63,653 nucleotides of DNA, filler included, from Chiloscyllium plagiosum (GCF_004010195.1; 5 parts of one record of this genome joined end to end with filler, not necessarily neighbours in it); one strand, 5' to 3'; positions 1 to 13,442 are shown, counted from the whole stretch's first letter. A program made the numbers and translations. The notes: generated by a model not told the origin, from the letters alone.

Positions 1-1665
1 CCCTCTGCCTGTCAGTCTGTCCTTACGATAACACGTGTATCCTTGAATATTTATTTCCCAGGCCCTGTCCACTTGAAGCCACGTCTCAGTTATCCCCACA
101 ATATCGTATCTGCCAATTTCCAAAAGAGCCTCAAGCTCATCCATCTTATGTCTAATGCTTCGTGCATTCATGTATAGTATTTTTAATTTGTTACTGCTCT
201 CACCCTTCCCATCAACCCTTATTTCACTCAACCTTACAGCATGATGCCTTTCCGAGTTTTCTGCCTCATTAATACAGTTGTCTTTCTTGACTTCTCTTGT
301 TCTAACCCTCCCTTCAATTTCCTTTTTAAACATCCAGCTTGTCCCCTCCCCCCCCGCTACTTAGTTTAAATGTAGCGGTGTTGCAGTAGAAAACCTGCCT
401 GCCAGAATACTGGTCCATAACCTATTAAGGTGCAAGCCGTCTCTCTTGTAGAATTTATGTTTACCACAAAATATACCTCAGTGATCCAAGAACTTGAATC
501 ATTGCTTCCTGCACCAGTTCCCCAACCACACATTCAAGTCCATTATCTCCCTGTTTCTGGCCACACTAGCCCGAGGAACTGGAAGCAAACCGGAGATAAC
601 CACCTTGGACGTCCTGCTTTTCAGCCTTCTTCCTAGTTCTCCAAAGTCTCGCTGTAGTATGTTCCTCCTCTTCTTACCGACATCATTTGTGCCGACATGT
701 ACCACCACCTCTGGCTCTTCACCCTCTTCCTTGAGGATTTTCTGCACTCTGTCCGCGATGTCTTTCACTCTAGCACCAGGAAAGCAACACACCATCCTTA
801 AATCCCGTCTGCTGCCACAAAAACCCCGGTCAGTTCCTCTCACCCCGGTCAGTTCCTCTCACGATGGAGTCCCCTATTACCACGGCTCTGCGGCAACTTT
901 TGATTGATAAATTTGGCCGCCTTGCGAACTGGCAGTGTCATCAGTATCTGCTTCCAAAAGCTTCAACTTGTTCCTGACAGGTACTTCTCCTGGGCTCTCT
1001 TGCACCTGTCTCCTCTCTGTCTTCCTCATCATTTGCTCTCTTCTGCTCTCTTCTGGCATGATTGGTGTAATAACATCGCTGAAGGTCTTGTCCAGAAAGA
1101 TCTCACTTTCTCGGATGAGCCTAAGGTCTTCGAGTTCTTTCGTCAGCGCTGCAATATGCTCGGTCAATTACTGAATGTGCACACACTTTCCACACATATA
1201 CGAGCCAGACACACCAGAGTCATTGACCTCCCACATCAAGCACATAGCACACTGAACCAGCTGGGCAGTCATGTCTTCACCCTCTTCAACTGTGGTGTAA
1301 TCACTTCACTCAAACTCCTTGTTAAAGAGTCCTGAGCTGAAGCCTCACTCTTCGATCTAAACTTCCTTAGACCCTCTTTGTGGCACGTCTGTGGACTCTT
1401 AATTAGGGTTAGAGGAGGAGGGAGGGAGGGAGACCCTACTTTGTAGGACCTGGGGTTTAGAACACACCCACTCTAATAGTAATCACGTACCTTCCCGACC
1501 GGCTTTGCGCTCTGTCTGAACTTCCGCCCAGCTCCCACCGCTCTCTGTTGCGAAAAGACCGTTGGCATCGAGGTAAGTTCTTTATATAGTAATCACTTAC
1601 CTTCCCGACCGGCTTTGCGCTCCGTCTGAACTTCCGCCCAGCTCCCGCCGCTCTCTGTTGCTCTC
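1..1665 (-). mobile_element. 5' portion of a CR1/HER1 LINE: 5'UTR, disrupted ORF1 (zinc finger, coiled coil, SGNH esterase) and start of ORF2 APE endonuclease
   Basis: Minus-strand ATG at 1272 reads MTAQLVQCAMC...YMCGKC (CxxC..CxxC), with an in-frame stop at 1168-1170. It continues into a coiled coil (877-1167) and esterase motifs (VVVHVGTNDV in the 499-843 ORF). Near 130-190 it reads KILYMNARSIRHKMDELEA, the start of an APE endonuclease. Confidence 0.88.
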
Positions 1666-1789
1666 TGTCCTATATTCATATAATTTCTTACTTTTCTTAC
1701 TTTTCCTTTTCTGCTATGATGCCTAAGTACAAAGCTGACATACACAGATAAAGTTGAAACAGCCTGCTGACTGCTGTGCCCTGTTCCTT

Positions 1790-3000
1790 GAGAACTTCCA
1801 GGCCAAATTCTGTCCTAACTCAATCTACGAGTGCGCTGACAACACAACAATTGTGGGCCCGATCGCAAACAATGATAAGACAGAATACAGGAAAGAGAAA
1901 GAGTGCTTGGTGGCATGGTATAAGGGTAGCAGTCTCTCTCGAAAATTAGTGAAATGAAATAATGATCATTGACTTCAGGAAGCATTATGGAGGGCATGCT
2001 CCTTTTTGCTTCGGTGATGCTGAGGTGGAGATTTTTTTTTTAGATTACTTACAATGTGGAAACAGGCCCTTCGGCCCAACAAGTCCACACCGCCCCGCCG
2101 AAGCGCAACCCACCCATACCCTACATTTACCCCTTACCTAACACTACGGGCAATTTAGCATGGCCAATTCACCTGACCTGCACATCTTTGTGACTGTGGG
2201 AGGAAACCGGAGCACCCGGAGGAAACCCACGCAGACACGGGGAGAACGTGCAAACTCCACACAGTCAGTCGCCTGAGGCGGGTATTGAACCCGGGTCTCT
2301 GGCGCTGTGAGGCAGCAGTGCTAACCACTGTGCCACCGTGCCGCCCACCGGTTGACAGCGTCAAGTTCTTGGGAGTGATGACCACTAACAATCTGTCCTG
2401 ATCCACCCACATTGATGCAAATGGTCAAGAAAGCACAGCAATGCCTCTACTTTCTCAGGAGACTGAGAAAATTTGACATGTCTGTAAAAACTATTACTAT
2501 TTTTTATAGATGCACCAAAGAAAACATTCTATCTGGATGCATCACTGTTTCGTATGGCAACTGCTCTACCCATAAGAAACTACAGAGAACTATGAAGCCA
2601 GCCCAGTCCATCAGGCAAGCCAACCTTCCATCCATTGACTCCATCTATATTTCTCACAACCTTGGGAATGCAGCCATCATCAAAGACACCTTCCTCTTGG
2701 TTATAATCTCTTTGAACCTTGTCCGTCAGGCAGAAGATACAAAAGCTTAAACACACAGACCAACAGATTCAAGAACAGTTTCTTCCCCACTGTTATTAGA
2801 CTTCTGAATGGAACTCCCAAATTATAAATTAAATATTGATCTCACTGTTTGCGCACCTTCTCCACAGCCGTAACATTGTATTCTTCACTCTGTTCTATTA
2901 CCTTAATGCACTTTGTACAGTATGATCTGCCTGTACTGTACGCAAAACAAAACTTTTCATTGTATCTAGGTACATGTCACAATAAGAAATCTAATCAAAT
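1790..3000 (+). mobile_element. Rex1/Babar-like LINE 3' fragment, interrupted by a SINE
   Basis: Translates as IYECADNTTIVG...MVKKAQQCLYFLRRLRKF...ILSGCITVSYGNC and ends in an ATCAA-like tail. Confidence 0.8.
2041..2347 (-). mobile_element. HE1-type V-SINE
   Basis: tRNA-like head (GGCACGGTGGCACAGTGGTTAGC), V-domain (GTGTGGAGTTTGCACGTTCTCCCCGTG) and CR1-derived tail. Confidence 0.92.
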
Positions 3001-3210
3001 GAAAAGATGCCACTGGTGGGTATGCTCTGCTATGCTGTAACAGGGCCTAGAGTGCTCTAGATTGTTTAATCAGCAAGTACACCGTCTTCAGCCTGGCCTG
3101 CTGCTGGCAATGGGATTGCCTGAGAGGGGAGTTGGAACTATAGAGTACTGGGGCTGAAGCCCCCAGAGTGCTTTGCTAGCACTCCTCCTCTTCTAGTGCA
3201 CAGTGACACC

Positions 3211-3526
3211 ACCGCGGTGGCTCAGTGGTTAGCACTGCTGCCTCACAGAGCCAGGGACCCAGGTTCAATTCCAACCTTGGACGACTGTCTGTGTGGAGTT
3301 TGCACATTCTCCCCATATCTGTGTGGATTTCTTCCAGGTGCTCCGGTTTCCTCCCACAGTCCAAATATGTGCAAGTTAGGTGAATTGGCCATGCTAAATT
3401 GCCCATAGGGTTAGGTACATTAGTCAAAGGGAAATGGGTCTGGGTGGGTTACTCTTCAGAGGGTCAGTGTGGACATATTGGGCTGAAGGGCCTGTTTCCA
3501 CACTGTAGGGAATCCAATCTAATCTA
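3211..3526 (+). mobile_element. HE1-type V-SINE
   Basis: Same head and V-domain, with a (TCTAA)n tail. Confidence 0.9.
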
Positions 3527-3614
3527 ACCCTAACTCCTTGAGGACAAGGATCACCTGAATGGAAACCAAAATACTTCATCCTCTCCCATCCAGCCATTGC
3601 TGTACTGCACTCAT

Positions 3615-3925
3615 AGATTAGATTACATTACAGTATGGAAACAGGCCCCTCGGCCCAACAAGTCCACACCGACCCGCCGAAGCGCAACCCACCCATACCC
3701 CTACATTTACCCCTATACCTAACACTAGGGGCAATTTAGCATGGCCAATTCACCTGACCTGCACATCTTTGGACTGTGGGAGGAAACCGGAGCACCCGGA
3801 GGAAACCCACGCAGACACGGGGAGAACGTGCAAACTCCACACAGTCAGTCGCCTGAGTCGGGAATTGAACCCGGGTCTCTGGCGCTGCGAGGCAGCAGTG
3901 CTAACCACTGTGCCACCGTGCCGCC
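3615..3925 (-). mobile_element. HE1-type V-SINE
   Basis: Near-identical to the 2041-2347 copy. Confidence 0.92.
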
Positions 3926-5024
3926 CTCATAGGTGATGGAGCAAGTCCGAGCAGCTATCTGATTGTCTCTGCATCTGGTCAGGTGGGCTACTGCCACCTT
4001 TGAGAAACAGGACTTCCAAGTATGAAGATAAACCAAAACCAAACTGTCGATATTTACATAGTCTTATCCCTTATTTTATAATGAATTAACAATTGAACTC
4101 ACCCACAAACTGTGAAACACATCAATAGAGTGTTCAGTCCCAACATCATTAAACCACAGAATTGTTATGGTGCAGAAGGAGTTTCTTGCACTTTTCATGT
4201 CTGCAGCAGCTCTCTGAATGAGCATGATGACCTATTCATTGCAATTCTTATTTAATAATTATTTAATTAATAATTGTTTAATTATTTTTATTTAATAATT
4301 GTTTAATTAAATCTTTAATTTTTAGGTTGAACCTATCTCCACCTCACTTTCAGCCAGTACATTCCCGACCCTAAGTACTGTGTGAAAACATTTTTGTCAG
4401 ATTGTCTTTATTTCTTATGTAAATTACTTTAAAACCATGTCTTGTCATTCTCGATCCCTTCTATTCTGTCCAGATCCTTCATGGTTTTGACAACTTCCAT
4501 CAAGTCTCCTCTTAGCCTTGTCCTCTCCAAGGAAAAGAGTCTCGACCTCTTTGTAACTGACCATTCACATTATCCTGGGAACCATTCCTGAAAAACTTTT
4601 CAGCACTGTCTCCTTTGTATGACACCCAAAACTGTGCACAGTACTGCAGCTGAGATCAAAGTAATGTCTCAAAAAATTTAACATAACTTCCTTGTTCTTG
4701 TACTCTATGCAGCAGTAATAAAACCTAGATACTGTATGCTTTTTAGCCTGATCTTGCTACCTTAAGTGACCACTGCACATTTATACTCAAGTCTTTCTTC
4801 TCCTGCATGCCAGTTAGAAAAATACCATTTATTTTGTACAGTCTTTCCATGTTCTTTACATCAAGGTGTGTAATCTCACACTTCTCTGCATTAAACTAGA
4901 TCTGCCACGTTTCTCCCAAATTTCTTATGTCAATCTGAAGTTCAACACTGTTTTTCTGACTGTCTGCAATGCTTTAAGCTTCCTGTCACTTGTAAACTTT
5001 GAAATAGTTCTCTGAGTAATAATT

Positions 5025-5228
5025 AAAGGTGAAGTCACCATGGTCCCACATTCCCCTTTAGAGAGAGATGACTGATGGTAGTTTAATCTGAGGGTCACCA
5101 CAGCTCATGTGAGGGGAGAGCTTGAGAAGAAGAGTCCTTTATGGTCACCTCAGCGGTTCTTGATCCCACATTGTTAGCATCACAGTGAATTCCAAATCAG
5201 CTATCCAGCAAACTGAGCTAACCAACCC
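5025..5228 (-). mobile_element. tRNA-derived SINE (second family)
   Basis: Reverse complement begins TTAGCTCAGTTTGCTGG and matches the 42873-43060 copy. Confidence 0.6.
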
Positions 5229-5260
5229 CAGATAACTGGTACATATCTGGTACATATCTG

Positions 5261-5389
5261 ATTCCTGAAGAAGGGCTTATGCCCGAAACGTCGATGCTCC
5301 TGTTCCTTGGATGCTGCCTGACCTGCTGCGCTTTTCCAGCAACACATTTTCAGCTCTGATCTCCAGCATCTGCAGTCCTCACTTTCTCC
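5261..5389 (+). mobile_element. Penelope-like terminal-repeat fragment with hammerhead motif
   Basis: CTGAAGA-A-GGGC-TTAT-GCCC-GAAA-CG-TC at 5265-5292. TSD ACATATCTG at 5252-5260 and 5390-5398. Confidence 0.8.
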
Positions 5390-6129
5390 ACATATCTGGA
5401 AAACCAAGGATCACAATTGCAATCCCTGGGGAGCTCCACTACAAATCTTGCTCCAGCCCAAAAAAAGCCCATTAACAATTATTCACTTTTTCCTATCGCT
5501 CAGATGATTTCATTTCCATTTTGCTACTGACTTTTTTTAATTTCATAAGTCTGTTGTGAAGCATTATATGAACTGCCTTTTGAAATTTACCTACACTACA
5601 TCAACAGCATTCCCTGCATTAATCCTCTCTGTTACAGTCTCTCCAAATGGAAAACTCCAGCAAGTCAATTTCCCCTCAAGAAATCCATGCTGGCTCTTCT
5701 TAATTCACCCACATTTCTTATTGCGACTATTAATTCTATCCAAAATTATTGTTTATGGAAGTTTCCATCCCACAGAATTGAATGATCTGCAGTTTCTTGG
5801 CTTATATCATCTTATGAGCAAGGGTAAAATGTTGCAATTCTCCAATCCTCAGGTACCAACTATCAGTCTCAAGAAGACTGAAAGCTTGACTAATTTCTAC
5901 TCACACGTCTTTAAGTATCTCTGAATGCAGCTCAACTGATTTCTGTGCCATTCCAACTTTAAGTGCTGACAGCCTACTCAACACCTCTTACTTATTATGT
6001 TTAATTCCTCCTAGTGACTGAATTTCCTGCCCTGTCACTATGGTCTGGGTAACAACTGCTTCTTTTCAAAGTATTCATTTAGTACTTCAGCCTACCACTA
6101 CTGTTTGTGGAATTATAGAATTACCACTG

Positions 6130-6380
6130 TATCCCATTAAGTCCACACAGCCACTCCAAAGAACATCCTCCCCACATCCAGCTCCCTACCTTATTCCTGC
6201 ATTTCCCATGGTCAATCCACTTAGGCTGCACATCTTAGAGCTATGGGAGGAAACTGGAGCACCCTGAGGAAACCCATGCAGACGCGGAGAGAACATGCAA
6301 ATTCCACACAAGCAGTTGCCCTAGGCTGGAATCGAACCCCAGTCCCTGGTGCTGTGAGTCAGCAGGCTAGCCACTGAGTT
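6130..6380 (-). mobile_element. Degraded HE1-type V-SINE
   Basis: V-domain reverse complement (GGGAGGAAACTGGAGCACC...GAATCGAACCC). Confidence 0.8.
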
Positions 6381-6399
6381 GCTGTTGGGGACATTTGCA

Positions 6400-7070
6400 T
6401 CTGCAACAAGTGAGGCAAAGTGGATTAAGTCACATTGGTATTTCCTTCTATTTATTTCCTCATCACCAGCCACAGATTCAGTTCAGCAGCTTTGCCATTT
6501 AGAACATAGCAGCTCAGCCAGTAGCTGTGTTACTGAACCACTATTGGTGATGGATATTGAATCCCCCAGTCAAAGTACAGCCTGTGCCCTTGCCAACTTC
6601 AGTGCTTTCTCTGAGTACATTGAGGGGTACTCGTTGATCAGCTGGTCATGGAGTGGATAGGGTTGAGGTGGTTATGCAATGTCGCATTCAGCAGGAAGTT
6701 CCCTTACCCATGTTTGAGCTGATGCCATGAAATGCCATGGAGCTCAGAGTCAATATTGAGTATTCCCGGGGCACATCACTGTGAGGTCAGTGCATCATCC
6801 TGCTGTGAGACAGGACGTCAAGAGGTGGTAATGGTATGTCTGGGCCATTGTGCGTACAGTATGATTTTGTGAAGATGATTATGTCAGCATGTTGCTCAAT
6901 GAATCTGTGGAATACGTGTCACATTTTTGGCACAAATCCCCGAGAGGTTTGTCAGGAGAAGAGTCTTTCTCACGTTTGTTACTGTTATGTCTGATGCCTA
7001 TCTCAATGTCAAGTTGTCCATGTTGTTGAATTCCTTTTGTTAGAGCTCATGGTCTTTTTATACAAGTGTG
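6400..7070 (-). mobile_element. Degraded non-LTR LINE endonuclease region, clade uncertain
   Basis: Resembles the family of the 42260-42810 and 60230-61580 fragments; heavily decayed. Confidence 0.4.
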
Positions 7071-7224
7071 TCTAGCTATGTCATTTCAGATCCTAGGAGG
7101 GAAGACGAGTAAAGTTTGCAAATGTGACTTGTCAGGTATACCTCAAAAAAGACATCCAGTACAACCAATATATTTGATTTGAAGTATAACGCTTTGTTTT
7201 TAGCTCTTTTTCTCCCCTCTAGGA

Positions 7225-7495
7225 AGGCCATTAAGAGTTTACCACATGCTGTGGTTCCAGAGTTATGTGTAGAGCAGCACAGGTAAGGATGGTAGCTTTC
7301 CTTCCCTGAAGGCCATTTGTGAACAAGATGTTTTTTTTTAAAATATGCTCATGCTCATAATTAGGCTAGATCATAATTCCAGATATTTCTTGAATTCACT
7401 ATTTGCTGTGGTTTGATTTAAATGTATGTTTTCAGAATATAAGCTTGGGGCTCTGGATAATTAGCTCTGTGATATTATCATGAATCCACCACTTT
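7225..7495 (-). mobile_element. Deu-domain SINE (SacSINE1-like) fragment
   Basis: TTAAGAG..ACCACATGCTGTGG...CAGGTAAGGATGG..TTTCCTTCCCTGAAGG resembles the recalled shark DeuSINE core on the minus strand, with a tRNA-like head near 7450-7490. Confidence 0.5.
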
Positions 7496-9386
7496 TCAGA
7501 AGAGCTTCAAAATCTTACTGAGGGATAGAAATAATGAGCTGTCTGATGGAATTTCTTTTTTATTCTCTTTTATTCTTGCTAGTTTTAGTTTTCATGACTC
7601 TAAGCTTCTAAATCACCATCAAGAGCCATTAAAAACACTGCCTTTGCACTCTTCCTATCCGCATAAATAAGCTCTTGACTTATTAAATATTGATAGATAG
7701 AGTTGATAAAAAACAAAATTTTTATTTTGAACAGGTATGCATATGGGGGAGGCAGGAACATGTGCTGGGCTCTTTGTTGATCTATGTAACCTACAGGAAC
7801 AAACCTTAGACACATATATAAGGACCCTGCAGAACCATGAAGGTCCTGTTCTTCTGCCATAGTTCCTTCACATACGTTTTTAACTGGTTGGATGTCCATC
7901 TAAAGCCAGTAACATAATGCAAAACATTTCTGTGTCCATGTTTATCAGTTAACAAAAGAGCAATTTAACAAAAAACAGAGAGAGAGAAGACAGAAGAGTC
8001 ACAAATATGTGTAAAGGCAATAGAATGAGAATAGGTTTCATTCTGAGGTGAAATCATAATGCAGTTTTTTAATAGAGTTTGGACAGGCGATTGTATCCAG
8101 CAATGAACTTCTTTTGATTTAAAGTGATTTTGTAGCAAGCCGATTTATTCCAACATATCTAGAAAGCTGTTTAAACACACAAACTGGTAGTAAAAGGGTT
8201 AAATTAAGGTACACTTTCCATTGACCTTGTCCTCTTTCACCTCCTGTCACAAAAACACATGATCTGTTTTGTACTTTACCAGTAATTTTGTTTTGCAGCT
8301 ATCTTTGTATAATCAGTTAAATTTACACACAATACAACAGAGAGACAATGAAATGTATTTAAAAATTTAATCAATAAAAATGAGGCCTGGAGGGACAGAT
8401 GGCAACCTCACTTGTGAAATGTTATAATTACAGAAAATATATTTGAACCATCAAACTGATAAGAATAACAAAGATCCTTATCACATGAATACCAATGAGA
8501 AATCAGGGATAAGACAATATTCATAAAAACAGAGGAATGAAATTTATTTACCAATAAATTCTTTAACAAAGGATTATTTTAAGATGTTAAGACTGAGGGA
8601 GAGATAGTAGAGATATCCAGGTGTGAAAATGAAATACGTTTGCTCATAAAGCTTTAAAATAAGAGTCCTTTGAGACTGAAGAAGCAGGGAGAGATGAAGG
8701 GAGTATAAAATATCACAAATAAAATAACTCATATCTTCATTAAATAATCGTCACCAAATAATTAAGGAACAAAGTTAAATAGTAGAGCATCACATGAAAG
8801 TGAGGTGATTCTAGACAGAGAATCAACACCCACATTTGCAATGCAAGAAGGATCCAAATTATTCAAAAATAAAGTCTCTTTCATTTAAATTTCAGAAGCA
8901 TTAGAAACATTCAAATAACCCTCTCGGAAGATATTTTCTTCAACTCAGAGAACATACCTTAGATGTCTGGTGAAAGCTTTGAACATTGATGAATATTCTA
9001 TTCTGAGACATTGTTAGATATTATGTTCTTAGCTATTCACAGATAATCATAGATTTTCTTGAAACATAATAAATAACATTAAACTAGATTCCATTAGTTT
9101 TTGTCATTGAGAGTCATACAGCATTGAAAGAAGCCCTTTGGCCCAGAGTGTCTGTGCTGACCAACAAATACCAAAGAATGCTAATCCCATTTTCCTGCAC
9201 TTGGTCCATGGCCTAGCACTTTAAATAATTATCCAAATGTTTCTTAAATGTTGCAAGAGTACCTGCAGCCATCATCCTCTTAGGGGCATGTTTGATATTT
9301 CTCCCCCAAGGTAAAAAAAAATTCTTTCTTAGATCTCCTCTAAACCACTTTAAATTTATGCCCTCTGGTCTTTGACACATCTGCCA

Positions 9387-9530
9387 CGTGATGTGAGGAG
9401 CTCATTCCTGATGAAGAGGTTATACCCAAACCATCCATTCACCTGCTCCTTGAATGCTGCCTGACCTGTTGTGCTTTTCCAGCACCACATTCTCGACCCT
9501 GATCTCCAGCATCTGCAGTCCTCATTTTCT
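9387..9530 (+). mobile_element. Penelope-like terminal-repeat fragment (degenerate hammerhead) inside a CR1 3' tail
   Basis: CTGATGA at 9408-9414. TSD ACATCTGCCA at 9377-9386 and 9531-9540. Confidence 0.75.
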
Positions 9531-9587
9531 ACATCTGCCATGGGAAGAGATTCTCAAGCTAAATCCTTTGTATGTCTCTCATAATTT

Positions 9588-10960
9588 TGATTTGATTTGA
9601 TTTATTGTCACGTGCACCTAAGGACAGTGAAAAACTTTGTTTGCGAGCAGTACAGGCAGCAAGGGCATTCAGATCATAGAGTGAAAATGAAACATAGACA
9701 GAGTAAGGCATACAGGTTGCACCGTATAGGATATGCAATAGGCAAGATAAACACGAACAAGATCAACATTATTTGAAGTTAGAGAGATCCATATCAGTTT
9801 AATAAGTGCAGGGAAGAAACTGTCCTTGAACTTGCTGCTGTATGTGTTCAAGCTTTTGTATCTTCTGCCTAACAGAAGAGGTTGTAGGAGAGCATTACCA
9901 GGGCAGGAGGGGTCTTTGATGATGTTGGCAGCCTTTCTGCTACAACAAGATGTGTAAATGGATTCCATGGATGGGAAGTTGGCTTCTATGATGATCCGGG
10001 CTATTCACACCACCTTCTGTAGTTTCTTATGGTCCTGGGCATGGCAATTGCCATACCAGGCCATTATGCACTCAGACAGCATGCTTTCAATCACACATGT
10101 GTAAATGTTGGTGAGAGTCTCTATGGACCTACAAAGTTTCCTGAGCTGCCAAAGGAAGAAGAGGCATTGTTGTGCCTTTTTCACCACCGTACCTACTGGG
10201 AAGTTCAGGACAGGTTGTCAGATATTATCACTCCTAGGAACTTGACGCTCTCAACCTTCTCAAAGTTCGCTCTGTTGATGTGGAAGGGGGCGTGTTCTCT
10301 TCCTTTCTTTCTGAAGTCAATGATCGGCTCTTCAGTTTTGCTGACATTGAGAGGGAGATTGGCATCATTGCACCATGTCACCAAGCCCTCTATCTCCTTG
10401 CTGCATACTGCCTCATCATTATTTGATAACTGTCCTACCACAGTGTCATCAGCAAACTTGTAGATGGCGTTTGTTTGGAAGTTGGTAACACAGTCATAGG
10501 TGTACAGGGAGTACAGTAAGAAGCTGAGAAAGCATCCTTGGGCAGCTCTGGTGTCAAGGGTTATTGTGGAGGAGATGTAGTTGTCTATCTTCACTGATTG
10601 TGGTCTATGGGTCAGGGAGCTGAGGATCCAGTTGCAAAGAGCAGAGCTGGATCCTAGGTCTTGGAGTTTTGAGGTCATTCTGGAAGGGATTATGGTGTTG
10701 AAAGCAGAGCTGTAGTCAATGAGGATGAGTGTGATGTAGATGTCTTTGTTGAGCAGATGTTTCTGGGATGAGTGCAGAGCTAGGGAAATGGCATCTGCTG
10801 TTGTCCTGTTATGCCAGTAGGCAAATTTCAAGGAATCAAGGCAGGCTGGGAGGCTACAGTTGATGTGGGTCATGACCGACCTCTCAAAGCACTTCATGGT
10901 TATGGAATCTGAGCCACTGGGCAGTAGTCATTAAGGAATGTTGCATGTTCTTTCTTAGAC
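9588..10960 (-). mobile_element. Rex1/Babar-like LINE RT fragment
   Basis: ORF 10205-10897 reads MKCFERSV...IDYSSAFNTI...QGC..FADDT, followed by KKAQQCLFFL and an (ATCAA)n tail. Confidence 0.88.
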
Positions 10961-10965
10961 ATCTA

Positions 10966-12228
10966 GAGTCATAGAGTCATAGAGATGTACAGCATGGAAA
11001 CAGACCCTTTGGTCCAACCTGTCCATGCCGACCAGATATCCCAACCCAATCTAGTCCCACCTGCCAGCACCCGGCCCATATCCCTCCAAACCCTTCCTAT
11101 TCATATACCCATCCAAATGCCTCTTAAATGTTGCAATTGTACCAGCCTCCACCACATCCTCTGGCAGCTCATTCCATACACGTACNNNNNNNNNNNNNNN
11201 NNNNNNNNNNNNNNNNNNNNNNNNNNNNNNNNNNNNNNNNNNNNNNNNNNNNNNNNNNNNNNNNNNNNNNNNNNNNNNNNNNNNNNNNNNNNNNNNNNNN
11301 NNNNNNNNNNNNNNNNNNNNNNNNNNNNNNNNNNNNNNNNNNNNNNNNNNNNNNNNNNNNNNNNNNNNNNNNNNNNNNNNNNNNNNNNNNNNNNNNNNNN
11401 NNNNNNNNNNNNNNNNNNNNNNNNNNNNNNNNNNNNNNNNNNNNNNNNNNNNNNNNNNNNNNNNNNNNNNNNNNNNNNNNNNNNNNNNNNNNNNNNNNNN
11501 NNNNNNNNNNNNNNNNNNNNNNNNNNNNNNNNNNNNNNNNNNNNNNNNNNNNNNNNNNNNNNNNNNNNNNNGCTGTCCACTACACCTCCAATTTTGGTGT
11601 CATCTGCAAACTTACTAACTGTAGCTCTTATGCTCGCATCCAAATCATTTATGTAAATGACAAAAAGTAGAGGACCCAGCACCGATCCTTGTGGCACTCC
11701 ACTGGTCACAGGCCTCCAGTCTGAAAAACAACCCTCCACCACCACCCTCTGTCTTCTACCTTTGAGCCAGTTCTGTATCCAAATGGCTAGTTCTCCCTGT
11801 ATTCCGTGAGATCTAACCTTGCTAACCAATCTCCCCTGGGGAACCTTGTCGAACGCCTTACTGATGTCCATATAGATCACATCTACTGCTCTGCCCTCAT
11901 CAATCTTCTTTGTTACTTCATCAAAAACCTCAATCGAGTTTGTGAGACATGATTTCCCACGCACAAAGCCATGTTGACTATCCCGAATCAGTCCTTGCCT
12001 TTCCAAATACATGTACATCCTGTCCCTCAGGATTCCCTCCAACAACTTGCTCACCACCGAGGTCAGGCTCACCGGTCTATAGTTCCCTGGCTTGTCCTTA
12101 CCACCCTTCTTAAACAGTGGCACCACGTTTCTAACCTCCAATCTTCCGGCACCTCACCTGTGACTATCGATGATACAAATATCTCAGCAAGAGGCCCAGC
12201 AATCACTTCTCTAGCTTCCCACAATCTT
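10966..12228 (-). mobile_element. Young CR1/HER1 LINE RT-to-3' fragment spanning an N gap
   Basis: [39 protein letters not shown], and a (CTATGACT)n-type tail. Confidence 0.93.
11186..11571. other. Assembly gap
   Basis: Run of N. Confidence 1.
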
Positions 12229-12239
12229 AGGTAATTTTC

Positions 12240-12790
12240 TGTATTTCAATCAGATGCCCCATTAGCCTCCTCTGCTCCATGGAAAAATAAACCCAGCCAA
12301 TGCAGTTTCTATCCTAACTGAGAGTTTTCATTCCAAGCAACATTCCAGTGAATCTCCTCTGCACCCTCTCCAATGCAATCACGACCTTCTGATAGTGTGG
12401 CTACCAGAACTGCACATAATATTCCATCTATGGCCTAACCACTGTTTTATAAAGTTGTAATAAGACTTCCTTACTCCAAAATTTGACACCCTGGCTAATG
12501 AAGGCAAGCAGCCTGAATGCTTTTTTCCCCACCCTGTTTGCCTGTGCTGATACCTTCAGGGATCTATGGACTTGTATACTAAGGTCCCTCTGCTCCTCGG
12601 TACTGCCTAAAGTGTCATTCAATATGTATATCCTTCCCTTATTGGATCTACCAAAATACATCATCTCACACTTTTTGGGATTAAATTCCATTTGCCATTG
12701 CTCTGCCCATTTACCAGCTGATCAATATCAGACAGCAACCTGAGATCATTGTCCTCACTATCAGCTTCACCACCAATTTATATGCACCTG
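12240..12790 (-). mobile_element. CR1 ORF2 C-terminal fragment
   Basis: MEFNPKKCEMMYFGRSN...EEQRDL. Confidence 0.85.
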
Positions 12791-13442
12791 TGTGCCCCCA
12801 TTAAACTGTCTTATTATCTCCTCCTTATTCATTCTACTGTGTTCTGGAACCCTGGCTACAATGCCTTTTCCCTCTGTGAATACAGATGATAAGTACTTAT
12901 TTAAGACTTTGCCCATGTCCATTCATTTCACCTATTTAATCTTTCGATAGTGATCAATGTAGTTACCTACTCGTCAACTTGTTACTTATTAATTTCTGTT
13001 GGTTAATTTGTAAAATTAATCCGTCATAGAATTTGATCATATCATATAATTTAGTCATAGCATATCATTTAGCATGGATTGAAAACAAGTTAACAGGCAG
13101 GAAACAGTGAGTGGGAGAGAGTGTGACTTCACAGGTTGGTGACCTGTAACCGGTGGGGTTCCACATGGATCAGTGCTGGGACCATAAATGTTTATTTGCA
13201 TGCAGATTAATGACTTGGAGAAAGGAAATGAATGTACTGTAGTTGAATGTGCCAAAGAGACAAAAATATGTGAAAAGGCAAGTTGTGGGAGTAATACAAA
13301 CAGTTTACAGAGAGATATTGATAGATTAAATAAATTGGCAAATGAAGTTTAATGTGGGAAAACGTGAAGTTGTCCATTCTGGAAGGGAGAACACAAGAAG
13401 AGAATGTTTTAAATGGAGAGAAAAAAAACTGCAGAAAGCTGC

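Larger units (their letters stand above)
4150..6090 (-). mobile_element. Old degraded CR1 ORF2/3' fragments with nested SINE and PLE insertions
   Basis: Decayed reverse-complement matches to the CR1 RT and C-terminal sequence seen intact elsewhere in the window. Confidence 0.6.

Noticed and set aside
2041..3925. SINE heads as tRNA genes
   Set aside because: The tRNA-like boxes continue into V-domain and LINE tails and do not form a complete cloverleaf.
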